Shown: positions 28,122 to 38,384 of the stretch, in pieces | Numbering within the stretch: the stretch's first letter is position 1 | Layout: every line of letters begins with the position of its first letter | Source of the DNA: a virus | Lineage: Duplodnaviria > Caudoviricetes | IMG/VR virus record: IMGVR_UViG_3300002835_000001 | Location: 128,001 to 192,000 of that record | Length of the DNA stretch: 64,000 nucleotides | Reading direction: 5' to 3' (one strand) | Translations under genes and position numbers: made by a program | Notes under the pieces: generated by a model | The model's input: the letters and a program-made list of their open reading frames with translations, nothing else | Told to the model about the DNA's origin: nothing | The model's database searches: none

Positions 28122-31100
28122 TTATACTGAAGGTGTTGTTGTATCACTATTATTAAATGTACCCGTATTTGTTGTTAAGTTGTAGGTTAAAGTTGCAACT
28201 CTTTGTCCCGAAGTGCCCGAATTTGTTGTTTTTAGTGTTACTACTTTAGATACAGAATTAATTTGTTCTTTGGAAGTAAATGTTGTGTTATTAAACACAT
28301 AATTTGAAGGACCCGTCATGGTACCTCCTTTATATAATGTAGCAGCAACATTTACTGGATTAGTTCCCACAGTTACATACCAGAACGCTCTTAAGTCAAT
28401 AACAATAGAAGTTTCGTTTGGATAGTCTTGTCTAAATTTAATTAAATTAACTAAAACCGATTCATAACCTGTTCCCTTATTATCTCCACCCCATCTTAAT
28501 ATTGCCGTTCCTGTTTCTGGCCATTGGAATTTCCTACCAAAACCGATATATGTTGATTGGGTTGTTTGGCCGATATTCGGAGTTACTACTCTGGTTCTCG
28601 TATCTAAATCGTTACCATTTGTAAATTGATACGTTAACGCAATATAATCTGCATCAAATGTAAATGTATTTTGACCTGTTGTAACTGTACCTGTTTTTGT
28701 ACAATTATTAGCGTCGGTTACAGTAACAGTATAAACGGTGGCTGCCGTCAATCCACTTATTGTGTGTGTTGCGGAAGATATACCAGTATATGTTGTACCA
28801 GGTGATGGTGACCAAGCATATGTATATGGTCCAGTACCATTTGCAACAGTAACCGTTGCGGTTCCATTATTACCACTTGTTGGATTGGTTGATGTAAATG
28901 CTAATGTTAAATTACATGTTTGTGTAATCGTACATGTTGATCCAGTACCGATAACATATGTGATTTTATTTTTTGGGTTTTCGGATGTTATAGAATCTAA
29001 AACTAAACTCGTAATAGGTTCATTAAAATTAACTTGACTACCGAAAGGTATAAACGTTTTTGTTTCGGTTGCTGAAGACGTTACATTAAATGTTCCTGTT
29101 AACACATTACTAGTTGTATATGCTTTAACTACCATACTTACAGGGTTATGTAATGCGGTATCGTTACCACTAGACTTACCAATAATATAAAACCCTCTAG
29201 TGGCACTTGAAGTTTGGTAACCACAAAATTCACTAAGATTAATTGTTATTGTTTCTGATCTTTGATAATAAAATGTATCTGTCTCTATCCAATCAATTAA
29301 TGGTCTATACCAACCCGTTGCCGCCTCACTATATGAGGTTGTTGTAAAACCTGTGTATAGTTGGAAATCGTTTAATGTAGTTGGGGTTTTTATAAATCCT
29401 TTTTTAAGTGATGTATTAGTATACAAACTATTTGGGTCAAACCCTTTTGTGTCTTCAATTGTATTGGTATAAATGTCAATAGAATTTTTATCAATTCCAG
29501 TTATATACCAATTACTTGAATAATCTAAATTTGTTGTTACGATTGGTTGACTTGTTGTTGTGGTTGTACTATTTGAATTTTGCATTAAATAAATTCCATC
29601 TATAGTACCATTTGTTGTGTGATAAAAAGTGCGATATGTTGATGTTCCCGATATTGCGTAATAACCATCTAATACTTTTTGACAACCATAATCGTCATAA
29701 TAAAGTTTTTTACCTATTGCGGCTCCTCCAGTTCTTGCATCATATAATACTGAAACATTTGTTGGGTTGGTTTCCACTTTTAATTCATGTGTAAAATTAG
29801 AATCTAATACTCCCACATTATTTTCACTAAATGGTGTACAATATCTACCCGCGTTTTGTGCGTATGTAACCAAAGAACTAAGTTTTTTAGTTGCTTTAGC
29901 GTTTGCGTCGTTTTGACTTATACAACTAAATTCACTTCCAGACTCCACAGTTAGAACCGTAGATTGTCCAGTTTCTAAATCACAACAACTATTATTAACT
30001 GTTTGTGTTAATGTTGTATCATTATAATAAATTGTTCCGTTACCACAATATGGTAATGGTTTACCACTTGTATATGATAGAATTACTAATTTATTGAAAT
30101 TTGTAACTAAAGTTGGGTCGTCCGCTTTTACTGAATATTGAAATTCAAATGTAATTGGGTCATCGTTTACGATTGCATTTGTATATGATAATTCTTTAGA
30201 TGTTATTTTACCTCCACTTTGTTGGTAGTAATAAACTCCATCGCAATAATATCCATTATTAATAGTTGATAAAGTAATATCTCTATAAAGGATGGTATCA
30301 TTTCCTGTTGCACTTATTTCAATGTATGGTTTATTTGTAAAATGATGTAAAAATTTCTTACATGGTTCTCTAAATGTTGTTGTTCTATTTGAAAAGATTA
30401 ATAAAAGAATGGCTGTAATTAAAATTGCGGCCGCTAAGTAAGGTATCGCCACGTTTAAAAATGCAGTTGCTTTACCACCTAATATTAACCACTTTGGTAC
30501 TAAATTTCCAATTAAATAATCAAAATAATGAGCAACAACTTGACCTATAGTAGCGTATGTTGCAGTTGATGAGGGTAATAACATTCCAATACCTAAAACA
30601 CTTGTACCTAACGCCCACTCATTTAATTTCCATTCTGTGTTATAGCCACTCACAATACCATATAATGTTTTTGATAAAGCGTGTGTGGCACCAACAATTG
30701 GGTTTGATGTTTTTGTTGCTTTACTGTATTGTGTAAAAACACTATCATTTGACAATACTTTATTTGTTTGATTAAATCCCAAATAATAACGATATTGTTG
30801 TGGTTGTGATAATGCCGATGTATTAAATATTTCTCTTAGTTTACCAACCCCCTCCATAAATGGAACGGTACACGCGTCAGATGTTTGGTCGTTAGAATAA
30901 AAAAATGATGTGGGACCTATTGTCTCTTCGGTTGCTTTTGCCTTACCAAAAAGTTTCTTTTTTACTGTGACTTGGGTTTGTGTTCCATAAGATCTATCGA
31001 ATGGTCCACCAACTTTATAAACTTTAGTACCATAACCATAATAATATGGTAATGCGGGATTTTCAAAATATGGACCACCCCATATTGGTGTGTCTGTTGT

Positions 31101-31667
31101 CCAATTTTCAATCGATATTATTGAATATAATTTTGTTTTTAATTTCGATGTGGCAGCAATCGCATCATAAGGTGAATAAACGTGTAATCCAGTTTCATAT
31201 TGATATAGTGATGTTGTACAATCATAAGACAATGTGATACTTGACGTACTGGGAGGAGTGTTGTATTTCCCTATCGCCATATTAATATTTAAAACGGACG
31301 ATTTATTTGTTTGGTCTCCATTTACGATTACATAAAATGTTTTTGTTCCACTTGTTTTATCATTTAAAATAATATTTTCAAGTGGTGCATCAAATCTAGA
31401 CATTTTATATAATGAATTTTGATCTGTTGAAACCGAAACATATCCTTTATTTGGGTCGGAAAAATTTATTGAGACATAATCAATAACACCAGTATATGAA
31501 ACTTCAAATTTTAAATAACCATAATTTTTATTACCTAATTGTAACGATTTAGTTATGTTGGCAAATTTCATATTACTAGGAAATGACCCAACATCACTAT
31601 ATGATGGTTTGTTCGAAGTAAAATCTGTCGATACAAAATTTGTTGTTACTGTATTACTATATGGCAT
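28122..31667 (-). CDS. Large virion protein with internal hydrophobic segment, DUF5977-like unit, SprB-like repeat and YfaP/DUF2135-like C-terminal domain
   Basis: Hydrophobic WALGTSVLGIGMLL...YLAAAILITAILLLIFS; SCISQNDANAKA; NGTATVTVANGTGPYTYAW..YTVTVTDANNC; DLDTRT...WGGDNKGTGYESV. Confidence 0.65.
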   Translation of the reverse strand: MPYSNTVTTNFVSTDFTSNKPSYSDVGSFPSNMKFANITKSLQLGNKNYGYLKFEVSYTGVIDYVSINFSDPNKGYVSVSTDQNSLYKMSRFDAPLENIILNDKTSGTKTFYVIVNGDQTNKSSVLNINMAIGKYNTPPSTSSITLSYDCTTSLYQYETGLHVYSPYDAIAATSKLKTKLYSIISIENWTTDTPIWGGPYFENPALPYYYGYGTKVYKVGGPFDRSYGTQTQVTVKKKLFGKAKATEETIGPTSFFYSNDQTSDACTVPFMEGVGKLREIFNTSALSQPQQYRYYLGFNQTNKVLSNDSVFTQYSKATKTSNPIVGATHALSKTLYGIVSGYNTEWKLNEWALGTSVLGIGMLLPSSTATYATIGQVVAHYFDYLIGNLVPKWLILGGKATAFLNVAIPYLAAAILITAILLLIFSNRTTTFREPCKKFLHHFTNKPYIEISATGNDTILYRDITLSTINNGYYCDGVYYYQQSGGKITSKELSYTNAIVNDDPITFEFQYSVKADDPTLVTNFNKLVILSYTSGKPLPYCGNGTIYYNDTTLTQTVNNSCCDLETGQSTVLTVESGSEFSCISQNDANAKATKKLSSLVTYAQNAGRYCTPFSENNVGVLDSNFTHELKVETNPTNVSVLYDARTGGAAIGKKLYYDDYGCQKVLDGYYAISGTSTYRTFYHTTNGTIDGIYLMQNSNSTTTTTSQPIVTTNLDYSSNWYITGIDKNSIDIYTNTIEDTKGFDPNSLYTNTSLKKGFIKTPTTLNDFQLYTGFTTTSYSEAATGWYRPLIDWIETDTFYYQRSETITINLSEFCGYQTSSATRGFYIIGKSSGNDTALHNPVSMVVKAYTTSNVLTGTFNVTSSATETKTFIPFGSQVNFNEPITSLVLDSITSENPKNKITYVIGTGSTCTITQTCNLTLAFTSTNPTSGNNGTATVTVANGTGPYTYAWSPSPGTTYTGISSATHTISGLTAATVYTVTVTDANNCTKTGTVTTGQNTFTFDADYIALTYQFTNGNDLDTRTRVVTPNIGQTTQSTYIGFGRKFQWPETGTAILRWGGDNKGTGYESVLVNLIKFRQDYPNETSIVIDLRAFWYVTVGTNPVNVAATLYKGGTMTGPSNYVFNNTTFTSKEQINSVSKVVTLKTTNSGTSGQRVATLTYNLTTNTGTFNNSDTTTPSV

Positions 31668-31699
31668 CTATTATAAATATTATTTTCATTTTTTTATCA

Positions 31700-33883
31700 T
31701 TAACAATATATAAATCCGGCGGGTCCACATAAACCGTATTTGGTTGCTGCTCCTGACGTTAATTGGTAAATTATTGGTGTTACTACATTACTTTCCGATT
31801 CTTTATAGAATCCGTTATCTGCAGGTATTGTTAGATTTTCATCTTGATACCACGTGATTGATTCAAATCCATCATTTATATAATCTGTCGAATTAAAGTA
31901 TACCTTTCTTGTTGATAAACATGCTAAACAAATATCATTTAAATCACTATTTTCAGGATAATAACAGAAGTCTTTAGTTATCACATTATTTTTCTTAATT
32001 ATTGCATAGTACGTTGTGTTACCAATAGGTACATGTGATAGTATTGGGTTGGTCTGTATTAAATTACCCTCTCCTCTTACACTACTCCAACCAATGAATG
32101 TGGTGTCGTTTGTTGTTACTCCGGTAATTGTTATTGAAGAGTCAATTAAAACTTTTTTAGTTAAACTTTGAGCATTTGTTGTTCCGTCGGTAACATAACC
32201 TGTTGCGGTTGAATTAACTTTGTATATTTCATATGTAACAGTAGTATTAAATGGATCATTTACCTCAGTTATTGTGAATGAGCTAATACACTCAACTGCT
32301 GTAGGTGTAGGAGTTGGTGTAGGTGTACTTGTTGGTGTAGGAGTAGGCGTACTACTTGCTGTTGGTGTAGGAGTAGGCGTACTACTTGCTGTAGGTGTAG
32401 GCGTTGCCGTTACCACACCTAAGTCTACATCAAATTCACAATTATTAGTTGAGGTAGGTGTAGGAGTTGGTGTTGCCGTTACCACACCTAAGTCTACATC
32501 AAATTCACAATTATTAGTTGCGGTAGGTGTTGGGGTAGATGTAGGGGTACTTGTTGGTGTAGGTGTAGGTGTACTTGTTGGTGTTGAGGTAGGTGTCGGA
32601 GTAGGTGTTGCCGTTACCACACCTAAGTCTACATCAAATTCACAATTATTAGTTGCGGTAGGTGTCGGAGTTGGGGTTGCAGTAACCACACCTAAGTCTA
32701 CATCAAATTCACAATTTGGTGTTGGGGTTGGGGTTGGCGTTGGTGTTGCCGTTACCACACCTAAGTCTACATCAAAGTTACAATTTGGTGTTGGTGTAGG
32801 AGTAGGTGTTGGGGTTGCTGTTACAACATTTAGATCCACTCCAAATTCACAATTATTAGTTGGTGTAGGGGTCGGTGTAGGCGTTGCGGTAACTACATTC
32901 AAATCAACACCGAATTCACAATTATTGGTAGGTGTCGGAGTTGGTGTTGGGGTTGCGGTTACAACATTCAAGTCCACATCAAATTCACAAACAGGTGTAG
33001 GAGTTGGTGTTGGTGTTGGTGTTGCTGTTACAATTCCTAAATCAACGTCAAACGCACAATCACCTGTAGGTGTTGGTGTAGGACTTGTGGTCGGTGTAGG
33101 AGTTGGGGTCCCTGTTGGCGTAGGTGTTGGCGTCCTTGTCGGTGTAGGGGTTGGGGTTGACGTAGGACTTGTGGTCGGTGTAGGGGTTGCAGTAGGTGTT
33201 GCAGTAGGTGTTGGAGTTGGGGTCTTTGTTGGTGTCGGGGTTGGGGTCTTTGTTGGTGTTGGGGTTGGCGTTACAAATGCCTCACAATTAACAGTTATAA
33301 TTTTAGTTACTTGTTCAGTTGTCCATGGTGATACTAATTTTACAATAACAGTTCTATCTCCATTGCTTGTGTATTGTTTTGTTGCTTGTCCATTAACCGG
33401 TAAATTTGAAGATGTACCATCTCCCCAATAGACCGTAAACACCGCAGTTTCCATTGGTTTTAATTTACCTACATTTGTTGTGTTATATACAATTAAATCA
33501 AATGTACTTGAGCCACATATACCACTATATGAGAAATTAGCACTAAATTTATCATCATTGATGTTACCATCAAATTCAACCATTGGTCCATATTCATCAA
33601 CTTTTGCATTTAAATAAAGTGGTAATTGATAGTCTCCATAAACTTTAGTTGGGTCAATAAAATTCCATATATTTGGGGTTGGTGTACCCCACACATAATG
33701 TCCATCTGTAACTGTACTTCCTGTTATATTATAAACAGTTGTACCTGTAAGTAACGTTGTGTTTGATAAAGTATTCCAAAAAATAATGTTACCATCATAG
33801 TCATACCAAGCTTGGTCTGTTAATGAAACCAATTTTACTTGTAGTATACTCTTCCTTTGTATGGTATGTTTTATTCTTTTCAC
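31700..33883 (-). CDS. Virion fibre/decoration protein: PKD-like domain, PT tract with nine C-x-F-x-V-D-L units, C-terminal domains
   Basis: GTG start after TATTTATA; [20 protein letters not shown] (PKD-like); repeat tract. Confidence 0.8.
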   Translation of the reverse strand: MKRIKHTIQRKSILQVKLVSLTDQAWYDYDGNIIFWNTLSNTTLLTGTTVYNITGSTVTDGHYVWGTPTPNIWNFIDPTKVYGDYQLPLYLNAKVDEYGPMVEFDGNINDDKFSANFSYSGICGSSTFDLIVYNTTNVGKLKPMETAVFTVYWGDGTSSNLPVNGQATKQYTSNGDRTVIVKLVSPWTTEQVTKIITVNCEAFVTPTPTPTKTPTPTPTKTPTPTPTATPTATPTPTTSPTSTPTPTPTRTPTPTPTGTPTPTPTTSPTPTPTGDCAFDVDLGIVTATPTPTPTPTPVCEFDVDLNVVTATPTPTPTPTNNCEFGVDLNVVTATPTPTPTPTNNCEFGVDLNVVTATPTPTPTPTPNCNFDVDLGVVTATPTPTPTPTPNCEFDVDLGVVTATPTPTPTATNNCEFDVDLGVVTATPTPTPTSTPTSTPTPTPTSTPTSTPTPTATNNCEFDVDLGVVTATPTPTPTSTNNCEFDVDLGVVTATPTPTASSTPTPTPTASSTPTPTPTSTPTPTPTPTAVECISSFTITEVNDPFNTTVTYEIYKVNSTATGYVTDGTTNAQSLTKKVLIDSSITITGVTTNDTTFIGWSSVRGEGNLIQTNPILSHVPIGNTTYYAIIKKNNVITKDFCYYPENSDLNDICLACLSTRKVYFNSTDYINDGFESITWYQDENLTIPADNGFYKESESNVVTPIIYQLTSGAATKYGLCGPAGFIYC
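32300..33270 (-). repeat. Pro-Thr tract with nine (N/P/G)xCxFxVDLxVV units; three identical 49-nt DNA copies at 32403, 32472, 32607
   Basis: GTTGCCGTTACCACACCTAAGTCTACATCAAATTCACAATTATTAGTTG repeated exactly three times on + strand. Confidence 0.92.
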
Positions 33884-33966
33884 CTACTATAAATAACATA
33901 AATTAACTTTTCATCATTATAATCAATTTTAAAATTTTAAAATGGCTAATAAACCAAAATAAACAA

Positions 33967-33992
33967 AAAACCCCTTATAATAAAGGGGTTTT
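33967..33992 (-). terminator. Rho-independent terminator (possibly bidirectional)
   Basis: AAAACCCCTT-ATAATA-AAGGGGTTTT. Confidence 0.8.
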
Positions 33993-34014
33993 AATATTGA
34001 ATAGTTTTGATTGT

Positions 34015-34587
34015 TTAAACGCTAGCACCGGAATTAATTGATAATGCAACATAGTCAGTTCCACTACTAATGCCAATTGTATGTGTGTATGATGTTGCAC
34101 TACCACTTTGTGTTGGACATGTTGATGAACCTACTCCTGACATTGGGTATGTGTCTACACTTTCAATTACCACAACATCTCCAAGTTCCAAATTGTTAAT
34201 TGTATAAAGTAAACCACAATTCGATGGTAGTGGTTCAAGGTTGTTTAAAGTGGTAGGTGAACTACCATTTACTGTAAATGTTATGATAGCATTCTGAGGT
34301 GTAGCGTCTTCGTCTTTACCATAAACCTGTAAACTAACTGTTACAGGTTCAGGTTCTGAAATCTGCCAACTTCTTGTCGTTGTACATGTTCCTGTACTAG
34401 CAATTGTACCACCTGTTAAAGTTTCGTAAATTGTATCTACTGCATGTCCGGCGGTTAATTGTGTTTTAGTAACCCCTGTGGCCAACCAATAGGTTGTTCC
34501 CGCACTTGTTGTTCCAGAAATGTTAAAGGGACCAGCAACGTATGTTGTTCCTGTATATGCCGATTGTAATGTGAATGTTAATCTCAT
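34015..34587 (-). CDS. Small two-domain virion protein
   Basis: N-terminal LATGVTKTQLTAG motif shared with the 27892 protein; GATATTTATA upstream. Confidence 0.65.
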   Translation of the reverse strand: MRLTFTLQSAYTGTTYVAGPFNISGTTSAGTTYWLATGVTKTQLTAGHAVDTIYETLTGGTIASTGTCTTTRSWQISEPEPVTVSLQVYGKDEDATPQNAIITFTVNGSSPTTLNNLEPLPSNCGLLYTINNLELGDVVVIESVDTYPMSGVGSSTCPTQSGSATSYTHTIGISSGTDYVALSINSGASV

Positions 34588-34668
34588 CGTTTGTTGTTTT
34601 TATATAAATATCTGTTTATTTTGTTTTTTTATTATGTTCCTAAAGTATAATTTATTAAAAGAACGTTA

Positions 34669-36594
34669 TTAATCGGATGTACATGTTGGGCAATCGGTAT
34701 AGGTTGAACTTACGTAGTAAATTTGTGGATGCATATTACCGATATAACCTCCTAAATATGGTATGGATTTAAGTGGGAACACATCTGTGACTTTTCTACA
34801 AACTCCATCATTGGCATTTGTTTTAATTACAGAATCAATTGCTGGTTTTGTTGTTGACCATATTGGGTAACCAATTAAATCGGTCAAATCTCCGTCACAC
34901 CTTACAGTTGTAATATTCCAATGTGGAATACATTCAGTACAATCATTAATTTCACCACCTCCAGTTAATATTGGTCCTACTGGAACTGAATAAGTTGATC
35001 CTTCTATTCCTCCAGGTAATGGTACTACAACTTTAGGTCCAACAAACTCTCCAATATACCCCGTAATTTCTACACAGCTATTACCAGGATTTACTAATGT
35101 ACCATTTGCATCATACTCATGATATAAATATAATTGACCTATTTGTGGACTTATAGAATTCAACACATAAGGTGAAATATCATAAACAATGATTTCATCC
35201 TCACCACACGTTACACCTGAATAAGTATAATATGTAAATCCTGTAAATGGTGGTTGACAATCAAAACATGGATTTGCACCTTCTTCTTTTGTTTTACCGT
35301 CCATATTAATTGTCCATGTTGGTGGTTCAGAATTAAGTTCAATTATTGAATAACATGTTCCACTTATTGTATAAACATCCCCTTCCGTTAATTGAGTTGA
35401 ACTTCTTGCGTTATATGTCCCTGTATATCCTGTACCAAAACCACATGGGTTAGATGTATCAAAATAATAAGCAGTATGTGCTGGGTCGGAATAATCCATT
35501 GCACTTGGTAACCCACACAAACCAGGAATTGTGATAATACCAAAACCAGTATTGGTTACTTGAGTATATGTATATCTCATATCATTACAATCACCTAATG
35601 CATACCAATAATATGTTGTTGGGTCAGTTGTTGCAGTAGGAGTTGGTGTTGCGGTTGATGTTGCAGTTGGTGTTGGTGTTGAAGTACTACTTGGTGTTGG
35701 CGTTGAAGTACTACTTGGTGTTGGCGTTGGGGTCTTTGTTGGCGTTGGTGTAGGTGTAGCTGTTGGTACAGGAATACCATTTCTTTCATAAAATTTTATT
35801 GAGTCGACACTTTCACCGACCCTATCTCCAGTTGTTCCCGTGTATCTAAAGTATTGATACGAATAATCGGTTCTATCAATAACAAGTTTATAATACATGT
35901 CATTCGCCTCGTTTATTTCAACGTTACTATAAATTGGTCTATTAACAAAATCTAATATTGTACCATCATTTGCATTAAAAAACTTAGTGGTCATCCAAAA
36001 TGTATCACCACTTAAAACCGTTTCAGATAAAACACTTTCATCCTGAAACCAAAATAAGTACATATTCTCTTTGTTTCTATAATTTGACCCCATAAAAACA
36101 GGGAAGAATATGTCCTCATTTATATTATTTCCCGTATAAAAATATTTTTCACCTAAGGGTAAAGATAGATTTTTTGCAAATGATAATTTTCTATTTACTC
36201 TTGTTGGTGGTTCATAAGTTGTTCCTGAAATATGTGGTGTTTTATAAAACTCTAACCTAAAGAAACTTTGGGTTGCTTGTTTTAACATTTTTGCATTTTC
36301 GTGAGTATCTATACCAACAATATTATAATCTTGGGTATATGATGTTCCACTAACAAAATAAAAATTATACCATATATCTGTTTGGCTAAATGTTAATCCG
36401 CTAACAGTTGTATTATATGGCTTGTGGATATATCTAACTGTTTCATAATTCTCAATAGGATTAATGATTGTACTTAACACTTCATCCTCGAACTGAATCA
36501 TATTTTCTTGCCAACCTAAATCATTTAGAAAATCCTGTTCCTTATTTATGATAAGGTTTTGGTTTTCATCTTTTCTTAATATTTCCATTAGCAA
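34669..36594 (-). CDS. Virion protein with PT linker and tandem Cys-rich C-terminal modules
   Basis: PT tract ~35625-35770; modules ending CFDC, NDCTEC, TDCPTC. Confidence 0.7.
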   Translation of the reverse strand: MLMEILRKDENQNLIINKEQDFLNDLGWQENMIQFEDEVLSTIINPIENYETVRYIHKPYNTTVSGLTFSQTDIWYNFYFVSGTSYTQDYNIVGIDTHENAKMLKQATQSFFRLEFYKTPHISGTTYEPPTRVNRKLSFAKNLSLPLGEKYFYTGNNINEDIFFPVFMGSNYRNKENMYLFWFQDESVLSETVLSGDTFWMTTKFFNANDGTILDFVNRPIYSNVEINEANDMYYKLVIDRTDYSYQYFRYTGTTGDRVGESVDSIKFYERNGIPVPTATPTPTPTKTPTPTPSSTSTPTPSSTSTPTPTATSTATPTPTATTDPTTYYWYALGDCNDMRYTYTQVTNTGFGIITIPGLCGLPSAMDYSDPAHTAYYFDTSNPCGFGTGYTGTYNARSSTQLTEGDVYTISGTCYSIIELNSEPPTWTINMDGKTKEEGANPCFDCQPPFTGFTYYTYSGVTCGEDEIIVYDISPYVLNSISPQIGQLYLYHEYDANGTLVNPGNSCVEITGYIGEFVGPKVVVPLPGGIEGSTYSVPVGPILTGGGEINDCTECIPHWNITTVRCDGDLTDLIGYPIWSTTKPAIDSVIKTNANDGVCRKVTDVFPLKSIPYLGGYIGNMHPQIYYVSSTYTDCPTCTSD

Positions 36595-38384
36595 TCAAAA
36601 TTAGGTGGAGTCAATCCAAGAGGTTTATTGTTATATTGTCTCTCATTTCTTAAATATAAGTTGATGTCTGTTCTAACATAATGTGTACCGTTTGTGAATG
36701 GAAACTTAGTTCCATTACCATCCACATCTATATATCCGTGGTCATATAGGTCTCTCCATCTCCAAACCTTTTCATTTGTGTCGAACGTAACATTTTCAGG
36801 TAAATTATAGATATCGTTTGTTGCCGCACTTTCTAAATAAGGTGACAATTGTCTTAGTTTAACTCTGTGAAATGGTTGATAATACAATCCAATTGGATTG
36901 TTTGCGGTCGCACCTGAGTATAAAGGTCCATTTGGGTCACTATTATCTTGATTGTGATTAAATCGTGTTATTGGTGCTGTAAATTTATGATACGACTCAC
37001 TAATTATTCTTTCTTTAAGTTCAATTGAATTATATTCAACGAATGCACCTGTAAGACCTGTTGTACCAATAGGTATAACATCTCCGGGTGTGAATCCTGA
37101 AACTCCTGACCTGCTAGTGAATGTTGTACCTGTCGGTATTTTAGTTTCTGTGTTCCCCGTTGTACTACCACTAAAATGTTCATCTATCCAACTATTATGA
37201 AAATTAAATTTATGTCCTACTTTTGGTGGGTAATTAAAATAACCTTGCCCATTTTTATAAATGGTGGTTACATATACTTCTGTTGGTGTGTATCCTAAAT
37301 TATTCGTTAAACCTGTTAATATAAAAGGTTCTTTGAAATCAAATAAAACAGATTCCATTCTATTTCTTTCAACTAAAACATCATTCTCTCCTGAGAAATT
37401 TTCAAATATTAATTTCTTTTCATCTTCCCATATTGGTGTTTCAAATCCAACCTTATCCAAAATATATGAGTTCGCATCTGTTAGTGTTTTATGTTTATGT
37501 ACATAATATTTAGATGTTGACCCGTTTATATTATTTCTATCTAAAACTCTTTTTCCCACCATAACATTTGTAAAAGTGGTTCCCGATTTTAATTGATTTT
37601 TTAAAATATTAATGACGTAATTTTGTGAATTATGAAATTCATTTCCTATGGTATTAATATAAAATGTTCTACCTGTTGTTGTTCCTGTTAAAGTAGTTCC
37701 TGAGAGTGTAATATATTCACCCGCCTTCATCCCATGTTCAACAGGACTTGTTAATTCGTACATTGTACCTCCACTATATGAAACCCTAAATGGAATTCCA
37801 TCACCCGCTTTAAAATTTCGTATAATATTAGTTCCTTCTGTTTTTGTTGCTCCTGATAGTGTATACGTCATTGTATACCCCGAATCACTACCATAAACAT
37901 AACTTAAATAAACGTTCCAATTTTGATATGGTGCCGTTATTGGTGTTACAATCGTGTGTCCCGTTGGTCCTACTAATTTAAAATGTGCTTGCGTATATCC
38001 TGTTAATGTTGTACCTGTTTGTGGTTCATTATATTCTCTAACAACATCTCTTCTTAATAATGCAAATTCATCGTAAGGTAAAAATCCTGTGTGGTCTGTT
38101 GTTGTTCCATTACCAACCAAATATAATCTATCTTTTAAATAAGTGTAATCCGTGTTACCACTATACATGTTACGGAAAACCATTTTTATTTTACCAAAAA
38201 TTTTATATTTTTTACTTTCGTTTCTTTCCTTGTCGTATAATTTATCAATATCTAAAATAATATCTCTATCACCGATTCTCATTAATGATTCGGTTGTTTC
38301 AAGATTTAATCTTAAATCTAATTCTTCTGTATCCGCTTTTTTAAATCTCTTACTTGGTAAGAGTATTTTTTTATTCTCTTCCAT
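36588..38384 (-). CDS. Virion structural protein (598 aa), highly [ST]GxT-rich
   Basis: ORF track; structural block; coupled to neighbours. Confidence 0.65.
   Translation of the reverse strand: MEENKKILLPSKRFKKADTEELDLRLNLETTESLMRIGDRDIILDIDKLYDKERNESKKYKIFGKIKMVFRNMYSGNTDYTYLKDRLYLVGNGTTTDHTGFLPYDEFALLRRDVVREYNEPQTGTTLTGYTQAHFKLVGPTGHTIVTPITAPYQNWNVYLSYVYGSDSGYTMTYTLSGATKTEGTNIIRNFKAGDGIPFRVSYSGGTMYELTSPVEHGMKAGEYITLSGTTLTGTTTGRTFYINTIGNEFHNSQNYVINILKNQLKSGTTFTNVMVGKRVLDRNNINGSTSKYYVHKHKTLTDANSYILDKVGFETPIWEDEKKLIFENFSGENDVLVERNRMESVLFDFKEPFILTGLTNNLGYTPTEVYVTTIYKNGQGYFNYPPKVGHKFNFHNSWIDEHFSGSTTGNTETKIPTGTTFTSRSGVSGFTPGDVIPIGTTGLTGAFVEYNSIELKERIISESYHKFTAPITRFNHNQDNSDPNGPLYSGATANNPIGLYYQPFHRVKLRQLSPYLESAATNDIYNLPENVTFDTNEKVWRWRDLYDHGYIDVDGNGTKFPFTNGTHYVRTDINLYLRNERQYNNKPLGLTPPNFDC

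Noticed and set aside
32403-32655. Three identical 49-nt repeats, superficially CRISPR-like
   Set aside because: In-frame inside a coding repeat, spacers are PT codons of unequal length (20 and 86 nt), no cas genes or leader
32220-33431. 403-aa + strand ORF rich in VGVGV
   Set aside because: Same antisense shadow effect from the PT tract of 31700-33883
24143-36594. Diversity-generating retroelement targeting fibre tips
   Set aside because: No reverse transcriptase and no template/variable repeat pair with adenine-specific differences seen in the window
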